Both the position numbers and the translations under genes were made by a program. A DNA stretch of 64,000 bases, from the NCBI GenBank assembly GCA_965198115.1, contig OZ240241.1, forward strand, positions 3,552,001 through 3,616,000, given 5' to 3'. This DNA is from Candidatus Latescibacterota bacterium (GTDB lineage Bacteria; Latescibacterota; UBA2968). The notes beneath the pieces are model-generated. The model did not search any database. It was given only the letters and a program-made list of their open reading frames with translations, and was not told the origin of the DNA. The stretch's first letter is position 1. Each line of letters opens with the position of its first letter. Shown here piece by piece: positions 38,101-48,403 of the stretch.

Positions 38101-38979
38101 TTGGAAATCCACAAAGCCGTCGTCCCGGTTGCCGGGATGGGCACCCGTCTGCATCCAACCACGCGGGCACTGCCGAAGGAAATGCTGCCCGTCGGACGGC
38201 AGCCCACCATCCAGCACGTAGTGGACGAACTCGCGGCTGCCGATCTTACGAACCTGCTCTTCATCACCACCCCGGCCAAAGCGATCATACAGCAACAGTT
38301 CGACGACGCGTCCAAAACAGACGGAAACGGGAAAGCATCCGGGCTGACCTACGACTTCGCCGAACAGCAGACACCGCAGGGATGGTCGAAACCCGGTGGC
38401 ACGGGTGCTGCGATCGCGATGGCCGAAACTTTCGTAGGCGAACAACACTTCGTCGTCGCCTACGGTGACACCATCATCAAATCCTCCTCGTCTCCGGTCT
38501 TTCTCGAGCGGATGGTGGCCATCCATCAAAGGGTCTCCGCGGACGTGACCATCTGTGTCCGCCCCGTGCCCGAGGCGATGGTACCCAGTTACGGCATCGT
38601 CCGACCGGCGCACGGGCAGGATTCGACCGCCGAGTATTTCGTCATCTCCGACATTGTTGAAAAGCCCCCGCTCGATCGGGCACCTAGCAACCTCGCCGTA
38701 AGCGCCCGCTACATCTTCAGCCCCGACATCTTCCCTCACATCCATCGCCTGGGTCCCGCTGAGGACACCGAGGTCGACATCACAGACGCCATTCGAACCC
38801 TCGTCGAAGAAGGCGGCAAAGTCTGTTGCGTGCCCCTCGCCCGTGACGAGATCCGCTACGACATCGGGAGCCACGAGGGCTACTTCAAGGCCTTCATTGA
38901 TTTCGCGCTCGAAGACCCGGACTGCGGCGACGCCATCAGAAACTACCTCGATTCTGTTACAAGTGGGTCGTCCGAATGA
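38101..38979 (+). CDS. GalU-like sugar-1-phosphate nucleotidyltransferase
   Basis: KAVVPVAGMGTRLHPTTRALPKEMLP, YGIV, IVEKP, ITDAI, RYDIG. Confidence 0.88.
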   Translation: MEIHKAVVPVAGMGTRLHPTTRALPKEMLPVGRQPTIQHVVDELAAADLTNLLFITTPAKAIIQQQFDDASKTDGNGKASGLTYDFAEQQTPQGWSKPGGTGAAIAMAETFVGEQHFVVAYGDTIIKSSSSPVFLERMVAIHQRVSADVTICVRPVPEAMVPSYGIVRPAHGQDSTAEYFVISDIVEKPPLDRAPSNLAVSARYIFSPDIFPHIHRLGPAEDTEVDITDAIRTLVEEGGKVCCVPLARDEIRYDIGSHEGYFKAFIDFALEDPDCGDAIRNYLDSVTSGSSE

Positions 38980-40544
38980 CGTCGATTGGCCTCCTCGAGG
39001 CCTCCGAGTGGCAGAGTCGCCTCGAGCAGAACACACCCGATCTTAAAACCCGCCTCCAAACGATCTACGGTCCCGACAGTGCGATTCAGGATGGGCGCAG
39101 GCGTCTCTGCCTCCAGGCCGTCTCCACCTTCATCGATCACTATGGTTCGGAGCGTGGAATTCTGATCTCGCGCGCGCCCGGCAGAATCAATCTGCTGGGC
39201 AACCACATCGACCATCGGGGCGGCTACCTCAACTATATGGCCATCGACCAGGACACGCTTCTGGTCGCGTCCCCCAACGATGACGACACCGTTCGTGCAC
39301 GCAATGCCCTGGGCGATCGGTTCGAGCCCTTCGAATTTCGCATTGGCGAACTCTTACCGGCGAAGGCCAGGCGGCGATGGCAAGCCTTCATCGAAGAGGT
39401 CGACCTCACACCACGCGTCTGGCAAAACTACATCCAGGCCGCCGTACTGTATCTTCAGGACCAGAACCCCGACCGCGAACTCAAAGGGATGGACATTTCG
39501 GTTCACGGGGATGTGCCGATCGCCGCGGGGCTCGCTTCATCCTCGACCCTCGTCGTCTCCGCCTTCCAGGCGTGCACCGCCTTCAACGGAATCGACATAC
39601 CCCCCGACGAACAGGCAGAGTTCTGCGGCGCGGCCGAGTGGTACGCGGGCACGCGTGGCGGGTCGGGCGACCACGCCGCGATGCTCTATTCCAAGCGCCA
39701 GGCGATCCTCCACCTCCGATTTTTTCCGCTCGTCAACACGGAGGTACCGTTCCCCGCCGGGTATCGGATCCTCGCGTGCAATTCGTGCGTCGAGCACGCG
39801 CCACCCGGTATCTTCAACGAACGCGTCGCCACCTACGAAATAGGCCTGATGATGCTGCGGAAGGACTTTCCCGACCGTCTCGCATCGGTTCAACACCTGC
39901 GCGACCTCGTGCCCGACGAGCAAGCGCTTACCACTCCCGACTTTTACGGAATGTTGAAAACACTTCCCGAGCGCGCATCCCGAAAAGAGATTCGAACCGC
40001 CCTTTCCAAACAGGAGGACCGCCTCGCCAGCCTGTTCGCGCCCCACCCGGAGCCCGAGGACGGCTACCGAATCCGTCAGGTGATGCTCTACGGCGTGGCA
40101 GAGTGTGCCCGGAGCGCGAAATCCGCCGATCTCCTTTCCGCCGGCCAAGTCGGGGCGTTCGGCGACCTCAAATACCTGTCCCACGACGGAGACCGGCGCT
40201 TCCGTTTTGACTCGAACGGCACCGCGACACCCGTCGAAAACCGCGTCACCGAAGAAATGGTTGAAACGCTGATCGAAACGAACGGCCCCGTCCACGCTCA
40301 ATCTGGTGGATACGACTGCAGTTGCGAGGAACTGGATCACCTCGTCGACATCGCGCAAAGTGTCGACGGTGTCGCAGGAGCGGGGTTGACGGGCGGTGGC
40401 CTGGGTGGGTGTGTCCTCGTCGTCGTCGAAGAAACCGCCGTCGATCGACTGACCGAAACCCTCCAGACTCACTTCTACGATGCCCGAGGTCTCGAGAGCG
40501 ATATGCTCGTCTGTAGCAGCGTCGAAGGCGCCGGGGTCTTGTAA
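38976..40544 (+). CDS. Galactokinase-like GHMP sugar-1-kinase
   Basis: RAPGRINLLGNHIDH, PIAAGLASS, GAGLTGGGLGGC. Confidence 0.88.
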   Translation: MTSIGLLEASEWQSRLEQNTPDLKTRLQTIYGPDSAIQDGRRRLCLQAVSTFIDHYGSERGILISRAPGRINLLGNHIDHRGGYLNYMAIDQDTLLVASPNDDDTVRARNALGDRFEPFEFRIGELLPAKARRRWQAFIEEVDLTPRVWQNYIQAAVLYLQDQNPDRELKGMDISVHGDVPIAAGLASSSTLVVSAFQACTAFNGIDIPPDEQAEFCGAAEWYAGTRGGSGDHAAMLYSKRQAILHLRFFPLVNTEVPFPAGYRILACNSCVEHAPPGIFNERVATYEIGLMMLRKDFPDRLASVQHLRDLVPDEQALTTPDFYGMLKTLPERASRKEIRTALSKQEDRLASLFAPHPEPEDGYRIRQVMLYGVAECARSAKSADLLSAGQVGAFGDLKYLSHDGDRRFRFDSNGTATPVENRVTEEMVETLIETNGPVHAQSGGYDCSCEELDHLVDIAQSVDGVAGAGLTGGGLGGCVLVVVEETAVDRLTETLQTHFYDARGLESDMLVCSSVEGAGVL

Positions 40545-40546
40545 CA

Positions 40547-41914
40547 GTGAGGATAGCGATCGGCGGGCTCTATCAGGAATCGCACTCCTTCTCGCCCGCC
40601 CCGGCCGGTCACGACTGTGTTCCTCTGTCTTTTGCGGCCACGAACGCGTCCGGAATGCCCGTGCGCCGCGATTGCATCGAGACATTGAGCGCGGATCTTC
40701 TCGCGCGTCTGAAGGCTGCCCTCCCGGTTGACGGCGTCTTTCTCGCGATGCACGGCGCCACGGTTGCCGAGCATCGCGACGATCCGACCGGCCATCTGTT
40801 CTCAGAGATTCGGCAACTCGTCGGCCCCGGTGTCCCGATCGCCGCATCCGTCGACCTCCACGCCAACATCACGCGACAGATGGTCGCCGACGCCGTGGTG
40901 GGCTACCACACGGCCCCCCACATCGATCAGCGAGACACCGGTGCCCGGGCAATGCGCGCTCTTCTTCGCGCCCTCGACGGCACGCCGCTCACGGCTGCCC
41001 TGCGCCAAATCCCGATGATCGTACCCGGCGAGAACGCACGCACGACCGACGGACCCTATTCGGAGGTAATGGACGACGCCATCGCCCTGGAATCGCAGGA
41101 AGGCATCCTGTCCGCGTCGGTCTTTTGCGTTCAACCCTGGCTCGATCTTCCAGAAATGGGCTGCTGTAGCGTCGTCGTCACCGAGAACGATGAGGTCCGG
41201 GCGCAAGCCGAAGCCGACCGCCTGGCGCAGGATCTCTGGTCCCGGCGGCGCGCCTTCACGCCAGACCTTGTCCTCGTCGATGACGGCCTCACACGAGCCC
41301 TCGCTGACGATCGTCGACCTTATGTCTTTTCCGATTCTTCCGATGCGCCGAGCTCGGGTGCGCCCGGCGACAGCACGGTCCTGATCAAGGCGGTGCTCGA
41401 CCGGAAGATCGCTACCCCGGTCCTCCTGAACATCGTCGACGCAGCCGCGGTTGCTTTGGCCATTGACGTCGGGGTAGGAAATCAGTCACATTTCACCGTA
41501 GGTGCCGGGCTGTCCGATACCTTCTACGACCCCGTCTCCTTCGAAGCATCCGTTAAGACACTCTTCGACGGCAGCTTTCGATTCAAAGGAGCCGCCTCCC
41601 AGGGCGTTGAATTCCATATGGGGCGAACGGCCGTCCTCGTCTCCAACGGACTCCACCTCGTCGTGATGGAACGGCCCATCTTCCAGTGGGATCCCGAGCT
41701 TTACCGATGTGTGGGCCTCGAACCGACAGACGCGAAGATCGTCGTCGCCAAGTCCCCTGCTGCCTTTCGCGCGGCCTACAAGCCGTTCGCGGCGGAAATA
41801 TTGAACATCGACTGTCCGGGTGTGTGCAGCCCGAATCTCAAATCGTTTCCCTGGAAGCGGGTCACACGCCCGATCTATCCCCTCGATGACGACACCCCGT
41901 TCGACATCGACTGA
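40547..41914 (+). CDS. MlrC / M81 family metallopeptidase
   Basis: [32 protein letters not shown]. Confidence 0.85.
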   Translation: MRIAIGGLYQESHSFSPAPAGHDCVPLSFAATNASGMPVRRDCIETLSADLLARLKAALPVDGVFLAMHGATVAEHRDDPTGHLFSEIRQLVGPGVPIAASVDLHANITRQMVADAVVGYHTAPHIDQRDTGARAMRALLRALDGTPLTAALRQIPMIVPGENARTTDGPYSEVMDDAIALESQEGILSASVFCVQPWLDLPEMGCCSVVVTENDEVRAQAEADRLAQDLWSRRRAFTPDLVLVDDGLTRALADDRRPYVFSDSSDAPSSGAPGDSTVLIKAVLDRKIATPVLLNIVDAAAVALAIDVGVGNQSHFTVGAGLSDTFYDPVSFEASVKTLFDGSFRFKGAASQGVEFHMGRTAVLVSNGLHLVVMERPIFQWDPELYRCVGLEPTDAKIVVAKSPAAFRAAYKPFAAEILNIDCPGVCSPNLKSFPWKRVTRPIYPLDDDTPFDID

Positions 41915-41970
41915 CTTCGTCCCGACATCACGACTCAAGCACTCGAGCTGCGCTGAGAGAGGAGTCATCA

Positions 41971-43035
41971 ATGCCCGAAGCGAACATTGTATCCATCCGT
42001 GAGTACCTGGGTGGAGATGCGGATACCTTGCTCAATCACAAAGCCATCGTGACATCCGATGGCCTGGCTCTGCCCGGACCCGACTTCGTCGAGCGGGTCT
42101 TTCTGGATTCCGATCGACCCATCCCTGTTTTGAACAGCCTGCAGCGATTGTACAGCACGGGCCGCCTGTCTGGAACCGGCTACGTATCGATTCTGCCGAT
42201 CGATCAGGGCATCGAGCATTCGGGTGGTGCGTCTTTCGCGCCGAACCCGATCTATTTCGATCCTGAAAACATCGTCAACCTCGCCATCGAAGGCGGATGC
42301 AACGCCGTCGCGTCGACCCTCGGCGTTCTCGGAATCGTCGCACGCCGTCACGCCCACCGGATACCCTTCATCCTCAAATTCAACCACAACCAGCTTCTCA
42401 CGTATCCGAGCCAATACGATCAGATCTTCTTCGCCCAGATCGAACAGGCCTGGAACCTGGGCGCCGCTGGCGTCGGCGCGACGATCTACTTCGGCTCTCC
42501 CGAATCGAATCGCCAGATCACCGAAGTCAGCGAAGCCTTCGCACGCGCACACGAACTCGGAATGTTCACCGTCCTCTGGTGCTACCTGCGCAACAGCGCC
42601 TTCAAACCCGCCGACATCGACTACCACGAAGCCGCCGACCTCACCGGCCAGGCCAACCACCTGGGCGTGACGATCGGCGCAGACATCATCAAACAGAAGC
42701 TACCCACCAACAACGGCGGATTCACGGCGATCGACTTCGGACGCACGCACGACAAAGTCTACAGCGACCTCAGCAGCGACCACCCGATCGACCTGTGTCG
42801 TTACCAGGTCGTCAACTGCTATATGGGAAAGGCGGGTCTGATCAACTCGGGGGGCGCATCGTCCGGTGCGAGCGACTATGCGGAAGCCGTGATGACCGCC
42901 GTCGTCAACAAACGCGCAGGCGGCACGGGTCTCATCTCCGGGCGGAAAGCCTTCCAACGCCCGATGGCGGAGGGCATCGAACTCCTCAACGAAATCCAGA
43001 ACGTCTATCTCTGCGAGGACGTCACCATCGCTTAG
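41971..43035 (+). CDS. fbaB: Class I fructose-bisphosphate aldolase
   Basis: [49 protein letters not shown]. Confidence 0.95.
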   Translation: MPEANIVSIREYLGGDADTLLNHKAIVTSDGLALPGPDFVERVFLDSDRPIPVLNSLQRLYSTGRLSGTGYVSILPIDQGIEHSGGASFAPNPIYFDPENIVNLAIEGGCNAVASTLGVLGIVARRHAHRIPFILKFNHNQLLTYPSQYDQIFFAQIEQAWNLGAAGVGATIYFGSPESNRQITEVSEAFARAHELGMFTVLWCYLRNSAFKPADIDYHEAADLTGQANHLGVTIGADIIKQKLPTNNGGFTAIDFGRTHDKVYSDLSSDHPIDLCRYQVVNCYMGKAGLINSGGASSGASDYAEAVMTAVVNKRAGGTGLISGRKAFQRPMAEGIELLNEIQNVYLCEDVTIA

Positions 43036-43126
43036 GGCGACTTCGCCACCTTCGAGTTGCCAGTGTTCCTGGAAGCCCCTGTTCTCCAGGGGAACCAGTT
43101 GTCAGTCGTCAAGCAGAACGCACAAA

Positions 43127-43151
43127 GGGCTCCCGAACATCTCGGGAGCCC
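43127..43151. terminator. Hairpin between convergent genes
   Basis: GGGCTCCCGA-ACATC-TCGGGAGCCC. Confidence 0.55.
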
Positions 43152-43262
43152 GTGTTCTTACGCTACTTTCTTCAACCTATCCGCGGAATCGGATCAGTTT
43201 CTCCCCGAATAGGGCCTGGAACACGGGTTCGACCACTCTCCGTGTCCTCAGTGGTCGCCTTT

Positions 43263-44690
43263 TTACCCTTTCCGCCGCCGCCGCCGCTCCCGCTTCTTCG
43301 GTTTCGGCATAAACTTCTCTACCCGCTCGGTAATCGTGTCGGCTGTGTAGGGCTTGACGATGTAGTCGTTCGCCCCTTCCTGGACAGCCTCGATCACCGT
43401 TTCGTTGTCCGTCAGTGACGTGAGCATCACGACGGGTATGTTGGCCAGCACCGAGTTTTCGCGAATCTTCTTGAGGGCCTCGATCCCGTTCATGGCCGGC
43501 ATCATAATGTCGAGCATAATCATCCCGGGCGGTTCCTTGCGCGCGAGGTCGTAGGCCTCGTAGCCGTTCGTCGCTTCAACCGGAATGTAGCCGAGCTTTT
43601 TAATCACGAAACAGAGTGCTCGTCGACTCGCGATCGAGTCTTCAGCCACGAGGATCCTGTTCGACTCGATCGGAGCGGCAGGAGCCGCCTGCTCCTGTAA
43701 CGGGTTGCCGCAGTTGCTGCAGAACTTGCTATCGGGAGGGTTCTCCGTGTTACACTTCGGACACTCGACGGGCCCCTTTGGAACCTCCTCGACTTTTGCG
43801 GCCGGAGCTTCGGCACCCGGCGCAATGTCGATCGAGAAAGCCTCCTCCACGTGCCTTGCCGGTTCCACGATAGAACCGAGCAACTCGTCGACGGTCGCCT
43901 CATCGAACCCGAAGTATTCCTTTGCCCGGTTGTCGAGGTCTTCTCGTGACTCGCCCGCGCCGTCGTCCAGCAGAACCGAAACGAGCACACTCGACAGGTT
44001 AATGACCTGCAGGATCGTCTTGATCCCACCTGCCGGTGTCTTGTCGGATTCGTAAAAGTGATGGCTGAGGACGACGTCCCCCAGGAGCTTGGGGAGTTTC
44101 CACTTGCGACACAGGAGCGCACCGATCTTTGCGTGGTCGACACCGACCGACTCCTGCTCGGCCAGGACCATATGCATCTTCTGACCCTTGGAGACGCCCA
44201 GAGCCGATCCGTATTCGAGCGGTTTATACTGCACGAAGAACAGGATACCAATGTCCTGCAGGAGACCGACCGTGAACACGTCGGCAGGCAGGTCCGACGG
44301 CAGCTTGGACGTAATCGCGGCAGATGCGACGCCGTAACAGATGGACCGTTCCCAGAACCTGGCGTGATCGAACGGCCCCCCCGGTTCAGTCGGAAAGTGC
44401 GAAAGCAAGTCGAGACCGACGGCCAGGTTGCACATTTTCTTGTAGCCCAGAAGCTGGATGGCCTGCTCGATGCTACCGACCCTTTCCGCCAGTTTATAGA
44501 AGCCGGAGTTCACGACCTCGAGCATCTTGCCCTCGAGCGCCGAGTCCGACCCGACACGATCCGCGACCTCCTGGACCGGGGCGCTCAGATCGGACGTGAG
44601 CTGCGCGATCTCCGCTGCGGTAGAACTGAGTTTTGGAAAATCTTCCGCCTGATTGATCAGGTGGACGACTTCCTCGTCGGTCATCGCCAT
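43263..44690 (-). CDS. HDOD - zinc ribbon - receiver domain protein
   Basis: HDOD motifs VNSGFY, GLLQDIG, DHAKIGA..W.LP..HH; CPKC..CSNC; ILVAEDS, LDIMMP, DYIVKP. Confidence 0.9.
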   Translation of the reverse strand: MAMTDEEVVHLINQAEDFPKLSSTAAEIAQLTSDLSAPVQEVADRVGSDSALEGKMLEVVNSGFYKLAERVGSIEQAIQLLGYKKMCNLAVGLDLLSHFPTEPGGPFDHARFWERSICYGVASAAITSKLPSDLPADVFTVGLLQDIGILFFVQYKPLEYGSALGVSKGQKMHMVLAEQESVGVDHAKIGALLCRKWKLPKLLGDVVLSHHFYESDKTPAGGIKTILQVINLSSVLVSVLLDDGAGESREDLDNRAKEYFGFDEATVDELLGSIVEPARHVEEAFSIDIAPGAEAPAAKVEEVPKGPVECPKCNTENPPDSKFCSNCGNPLQEQAAPAAPIESNRILVAEDSIASRRALCFVIKKLGYIPVEATNGYEAYDLARKEPPGMIMLDIMMPAMNGIEALKKIRENSVLANIPVVMLTSLTDNETVIEAVQEGANDYIVKPYTADTITERVEKFMPKPKKRERRRRRKG

Positions 44691-44708
44691 TGAACCGTCC
44701 CGCTCCGA

Positions 44709-45149
44709 CTACGACTTGACGAGCTGCTGGCCATCGAAGATCAGCTTCTCGCCCTCGTAAATGCATCCCGTTTCTTCGTCCAGGTGATACTTCATCAACT
44801 GTCCGATCGACAGATGATTGAAGACCTCCTTGGGATCCTTATACTTCTCGATCAGCTTGTCGATCGGCCCTTCGAACTCGATCTTTCGCCGTTTGGGCCT
44901 GCCCTTCTGCTTCTGTTCGATTTCCTCAGCCGACATAATGGGAAGCCGCTCCGAGGTCGGGCCGAGCCGACTGGCAAACTCCTGCTTGCGACGGTACCGA
45001 TCGTGTCGCAATTCACTCGGCGTCAGATCCTCGTCTTCGTTCGCGAGGGAGTCCGCCTCGTCCATCTTTTTGTTCCAGCGGTCCCGCTCGCTCTCCTTGA
45101 GCTGATCGTCCCCCGCTTTTCGCAGAATGTCCTTCAACGGATCACTCAC
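44709..45149 (-). CDS. Hypothetical highly charged protein
   Basis: GGAGG RBS and protein-like composition; no recognised motif. Confidence 0.65.
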   Translation of the reverse strand: MSDPLKDILRKAGDDQLKESERDRWNKKMDEADSLANEDEDLTPSELRHDRYRRKQEFASRLGPTSERLPIMSAEEIEQKQKGRPKRRKIEFEGPIDKLIEKYKDPKEVFNHLSIGQLMKYHLDEETGCIYEGEKLIFDGQQLVKS

Positions 45150-45152
45150 GCC

Positions 45153-45545
45153 TCAATCCTCCACCGTGGCAAAAAAACCAAAAGCCCCGCACGAGATCCG
45201 GTAGGGTTGGACCGTGCAGGGCATAATCTCGATGCGATTCGTAGGACGGGTATTGTTAAGCATCGCTAATGGTTTGAGAATAAGGTGGGGAGGGCCTTTG
45301 TCAACGGGAATTTCCGCCGCAAGCCCGAAGATATCTAGGTACTTACGTACCCGTTCGTCCAGATTCGGGGCTTCGATCATCCTGCAGATCTCGTCCGCCT
45401 GATACTGACGGCAGACATCGGGCCGGTCTTCGTAAATCGCGCAAAGCAGGTCATCGGTTAAGTGGGGGCACCGTGCCCCCACGGGCTTACCCAGCCCGGC
45501 GATGTCGGGGGCCACACAGCAAGCCCCACACCGGGTGCATTCCAT
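45153..45545 (-). CDS. YkgJ family cysteine-cluster protein
   Basis: CTRCGACC...CPHL...CAIYEDRPDVC. Confidence 0.85.
   Translation of the reverse strand: MECTRCGACCVAPDIAGLGKPVGARCPHLTDDLLCAIYEDRPDVCRQYQADEICRMIEAPNLDERVRKYLDIFGLAAEIPVDKGPPHLILKPLAMLNNTRPTNRIEIMPCTVQPYRISCGAFGFFATVED
45277..45304 (-). promoter_or_regulatory. Internal sigma70-type promoter for 44709..45149 and the HDOD gene
   Basis: TTGACA-N16-TATTCT within the 3' tail of the YkgJ ORF. Confidence 0.45.
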
Positions 45546-45682
45546 CGAATTCTGACCGACCGGAGAGCCCATCCTGGCCCATTCATTGACGTCGTGGTCT
45601 GCGCCGCCTACATTGGCTGGCCGTTCAAAATATACGAAATTTTCCTCGTTTCCTTCTCAAATGACCCTCGACGGAGCGGAAA

Positions 45683-46459
45683 ATGTCCGAATTCGAACGT
45701 CTGGTCGACCTGATGGCCAGACTCAGAGCCCCTGACGGCTGTCCCTGGGACCGGGAGCAGACCCACGACACCCTCAAGCCCTACCTGATCGAAGAGGCTT
45801 ACGAGGTGCTCGATGCCATCGACTCAGGCGATCACACCCAGCTCGTCAACGAACTGGGCGACGTCCTACTCCAAGTCGTTTTTCACGCACAGGTCGCACA
45901 CGAGGGTGGTCGATTCGAGATCGAAGATGTCGCGAAGGCGATCTCCGACAAACTCGTGCGGCGCCACCCTCACGTCTTCGGCGACGTCGAAGCCAAGGAT
46001 GCGGATGAAGTCCTGAAGAACTGGGAACAGATCAAATCGGAAGAACGTCACGAAAAGGGTCAGGATAGCCCATCGATTCTGGAGGGGATTCCACGCCACT
46101 TGCCTGCGCTTCTCCGTGCCGAGCGCATTCAGAAAAAGGTAGCCCGCGTGGGGTTCGATTGGGACAACACCGAAGAAATCGCCGTAAAGGCACGGGAAGA
46201 GGTCGAGGAATTCATCGAAGCCCTATCTTCCGAAGATCAGGAGCGGATGATCGACGAACTGGGTGATATTCTGTTTTCGATCGTCAATCTCGCCCGCTTT
46301 GTTGGCCTCTCACCGGAAGAAGCCCTGACGCGAACGAACGCGAAGTTCATCGAACGCTTCCGCTACATCGAAAAAGAACTGCAAGAACGTGGAACGACGC
46401 CGGAGGCTTCAACGCTCGAAGAGATGGACAAGCTTTGGGAGCAGTCGAAATCGGCTTGA
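45683..46459 (+). CDS. mazG: Nucleoside triphosphate pyrophosphohydrolase
   Basis: GCPWDREQTH, EEAYEV, ELGDVLLQVVFH, RRHPHVF, second ELGD. Confidence 0.95.
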   Translation: MSEFERLVDLMARLRAPDGCPWDREQTHDTLKPYLIEEAYEVLDAIDSGDHTQLVNELGDVLLQVVFHAQVAHEGGRFEIEDVAKAISDKLVRRHPHVFGDVEAKDADEVLKNWEQIKSEERHEKGQDSPSILEGIPRHLPALLRAERIQKKVARVGFDWDNTEEIAVKAREEVEEFIEALSSEDQERMIDELGDILFSIVNLARFVGLSPEEALTRTNAKFIERFRYIEKELQERGTTPEASTLEEMDKLWEQSKSA

Positions 46460-46466
46460 AGAACCT

Positions 46467-47414
46467 TCAGTCGGACCAGACACTTCGCTCCAGCACCGTG
46501 ACGGCCGCCATCAGATCCTGGGCAGCTAAACCGGAGAGGTAACAGATAGTCCCGGTTCCCCTCCATTCAGCCAATCGGTCCAACGCGGCGTCCCCGACCG
46601 TCGGCGCATCATCCGGTAGCACCTCAGGCCTATCCGCGAAATCACCCGACACACGCGCCTGCGCGACGTGGTCGGGCACTATCCGGCGAGACTTCAATAC
46701 GTCAGGCGAGACCTGGACAGACCGGGGATCTCCCGCCACAACCGAGAGATGCGTCCGCACATTCAGATGTCGGTCCAAAATCACGGGAGTCGGCGTGGGC
46801 ATGGCCGTAAACACCGCATCGGCTCCCTCCGTCGCTTCGTCGATGGACAGCACTGCTTTTACCGGCGTCGACAGGCCGGAGAGTCGATCGACGAACGCCC
46901 GGCGACGATCCTCACTCCGACTCGTCACACGAACCTGCTCACAGCCGAGTTTCTCATCGATGCACCGAACGATCCATTCCGCAATCCTCCCCGTACCGAC
47001 GACCGCAGCCGTGTCGACCGAATCCGGTCCCAGATAGCACGCACCCAGCACCGCGGCGGCCCCGGTCCGACCATTCGTGATCGCCTCCGCCGCAACGGTC
47101 GCCCGCCGCCCCGTTTCGAGATCTTCCAGCTCGATGACCGCCGTTCGCCCACCCAGTCGTCCGCTCGTCTCGCTGGATCGCTCTTCGATGATCTTCCGCC
47201 CCCGATAACGTCCTGCCCATTCTGCGGGCATATCGAGACGGAAAACCTCGACGTCTCCGGATCTCTCCACAGATATTTCTCGCTCCGGGTTGATCAGATC
47301 GCCCTGACCGTAGAGACGGAATGCCCGGTCACACGCGTCCAGGTAGTCTGCCGTCGACAGGATCTCTTGAACGGACTCCTCTGTCACCGTCACGCCGTTG
47401 GACGAATCTATCAT
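46467..47414 (-). CDS. Ornithine cyclodeaminase / mu-crystallin family protein
   Basis: ITNGRTGAA, VVGTGRIA, SGLAAQDL. Confidence 0.8.
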   Translation of the reverse strand: MIDSSNGVTVTEESVQEILSTADYLDACDRAFRLYGQGDLINPEREISVERSGDVEVFRLDMPAEWAGRYRGRKIIEERSSETSGRLGGRTAVIELEDLETGRRATVAAEAITNGRTGAAAVLGACYLGPDSVDTAAVVGTGRIAEWIVRCIDEKLGCEQVRVTSRSEDRRRAFVDRLSGLSTPVKAVLSIDEATEGADAVFTAMPTPTPVILDRHLNVRTHLSVVAGDPRSVQVSPDVLKSRRIVPDHVAQARVSGDFADRPEVLPDDAPTVGDAALDRLAEWRGTGTICYLSGLAAQDLMAAVTVLERSVWSD

Positions 47415-48037
47415 CCGGCGTCCACCACCGGCATCAGAATACCGGTTTCATCCCCGAGCATCGTTCCCCGTCCTTCAAGGAACCATCGACCCGCAAGGGC
47501 GCCGCTCGCCGCGTCCAGTTCGTGGTCATTCGCCGTCTTCCTGAGCCCTCTCAACCCGAGTCGACGCAGTCCTTTGAGCAGCCCTTCCAGATCGTGCTGC
47601 TTTCTGGGAATACCCCACACATCCTGCGCACCCCCAGGATAACATTCCACCGCTCGAAACCCCATCTGATCCATCTGCTCTTTCAGCTGGATTCCTCGCT
47701 CGGTCAGCATCCGCATCGGCCCCAAGGTGATCGGAAAAAAACGAATCCCCATCTGCTGCAAAGCCCGATCGCACGGCCGCAGGTGTTCCCCATTCCGGTC
47801 ATCCAGCGTCTTTCGTCCTGGAGGCAAGGTAAGCGGTGCATCCATCGGCACCAGCACGGGCGCGTGCGACTCCACGAGCTCGAGCAACTCATCATCCTCG
47901 TAGACCGTCGACACGCACGCCTGATTCCCATCCAGCACGCAAACCCCCGTCGGCCGCTTCGGAGATCCAGCAAGATCAACTCCGAGAATGATGCTCTCTG
48001 ATTTCTTAGCTTCTTTCATATTGACCCATTGCGCCAC
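47411..48037 (-). CDS. DUF429 domain protein
   Basis: GVDLAG, MDAPL, R.CDRAL, ECYP, HELDA. Confidence 0.8.
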   Translation of the reverse strand: MAQWVNMKEAKKSESIILGVDLAGSPKRPTGVCVLDGNQACVSTVYEDDELLELVESHAPVLVPMDAPLTLPPGRKTLDDRNGEHLRPCDRALQQMGIRFFPITLGPMRMLTERGIQLKEQMDQMGFRAVECYPGGAQDVWGIPRKQHDLEGLLKGLRRLGLRGLRKTANDHELDAASGALAGRWFLEGRGTMLGDETGILMPVVDAG

Positions 48038-48403
48038 CGCTCACCCTGAGACATCACGGGACCGATGGCGCCACCATCATTGCTTCTCAGTGCAGGTTAT
48101 ATCGAAGGGCGAGCGGTGGCAAATTACCGATCGTCCTTCGATATGGCGATCGATCACTTCTGCTATGGGGCACCGCTCTGAGCGAGACGCCTACTCAGGA
48201 TGATCGGTCGGCACTACCAGCCCGGTTGGCAGTGGCCAACCTACCGCACCCCATCGAATTCAGCAAGCCACGTACGTTATCTCATCCGAATGTCTCCCAG
48301 CCTTGGTGGTGTTTCTTCGCGTCTTCGCGCCTTCGTGTTGCCTTGGTCTCTTAGTAGTCGTTACCTTACGGCTCGCTTCGCAGATCACGTCTTCGGAGGA
48401 CGT

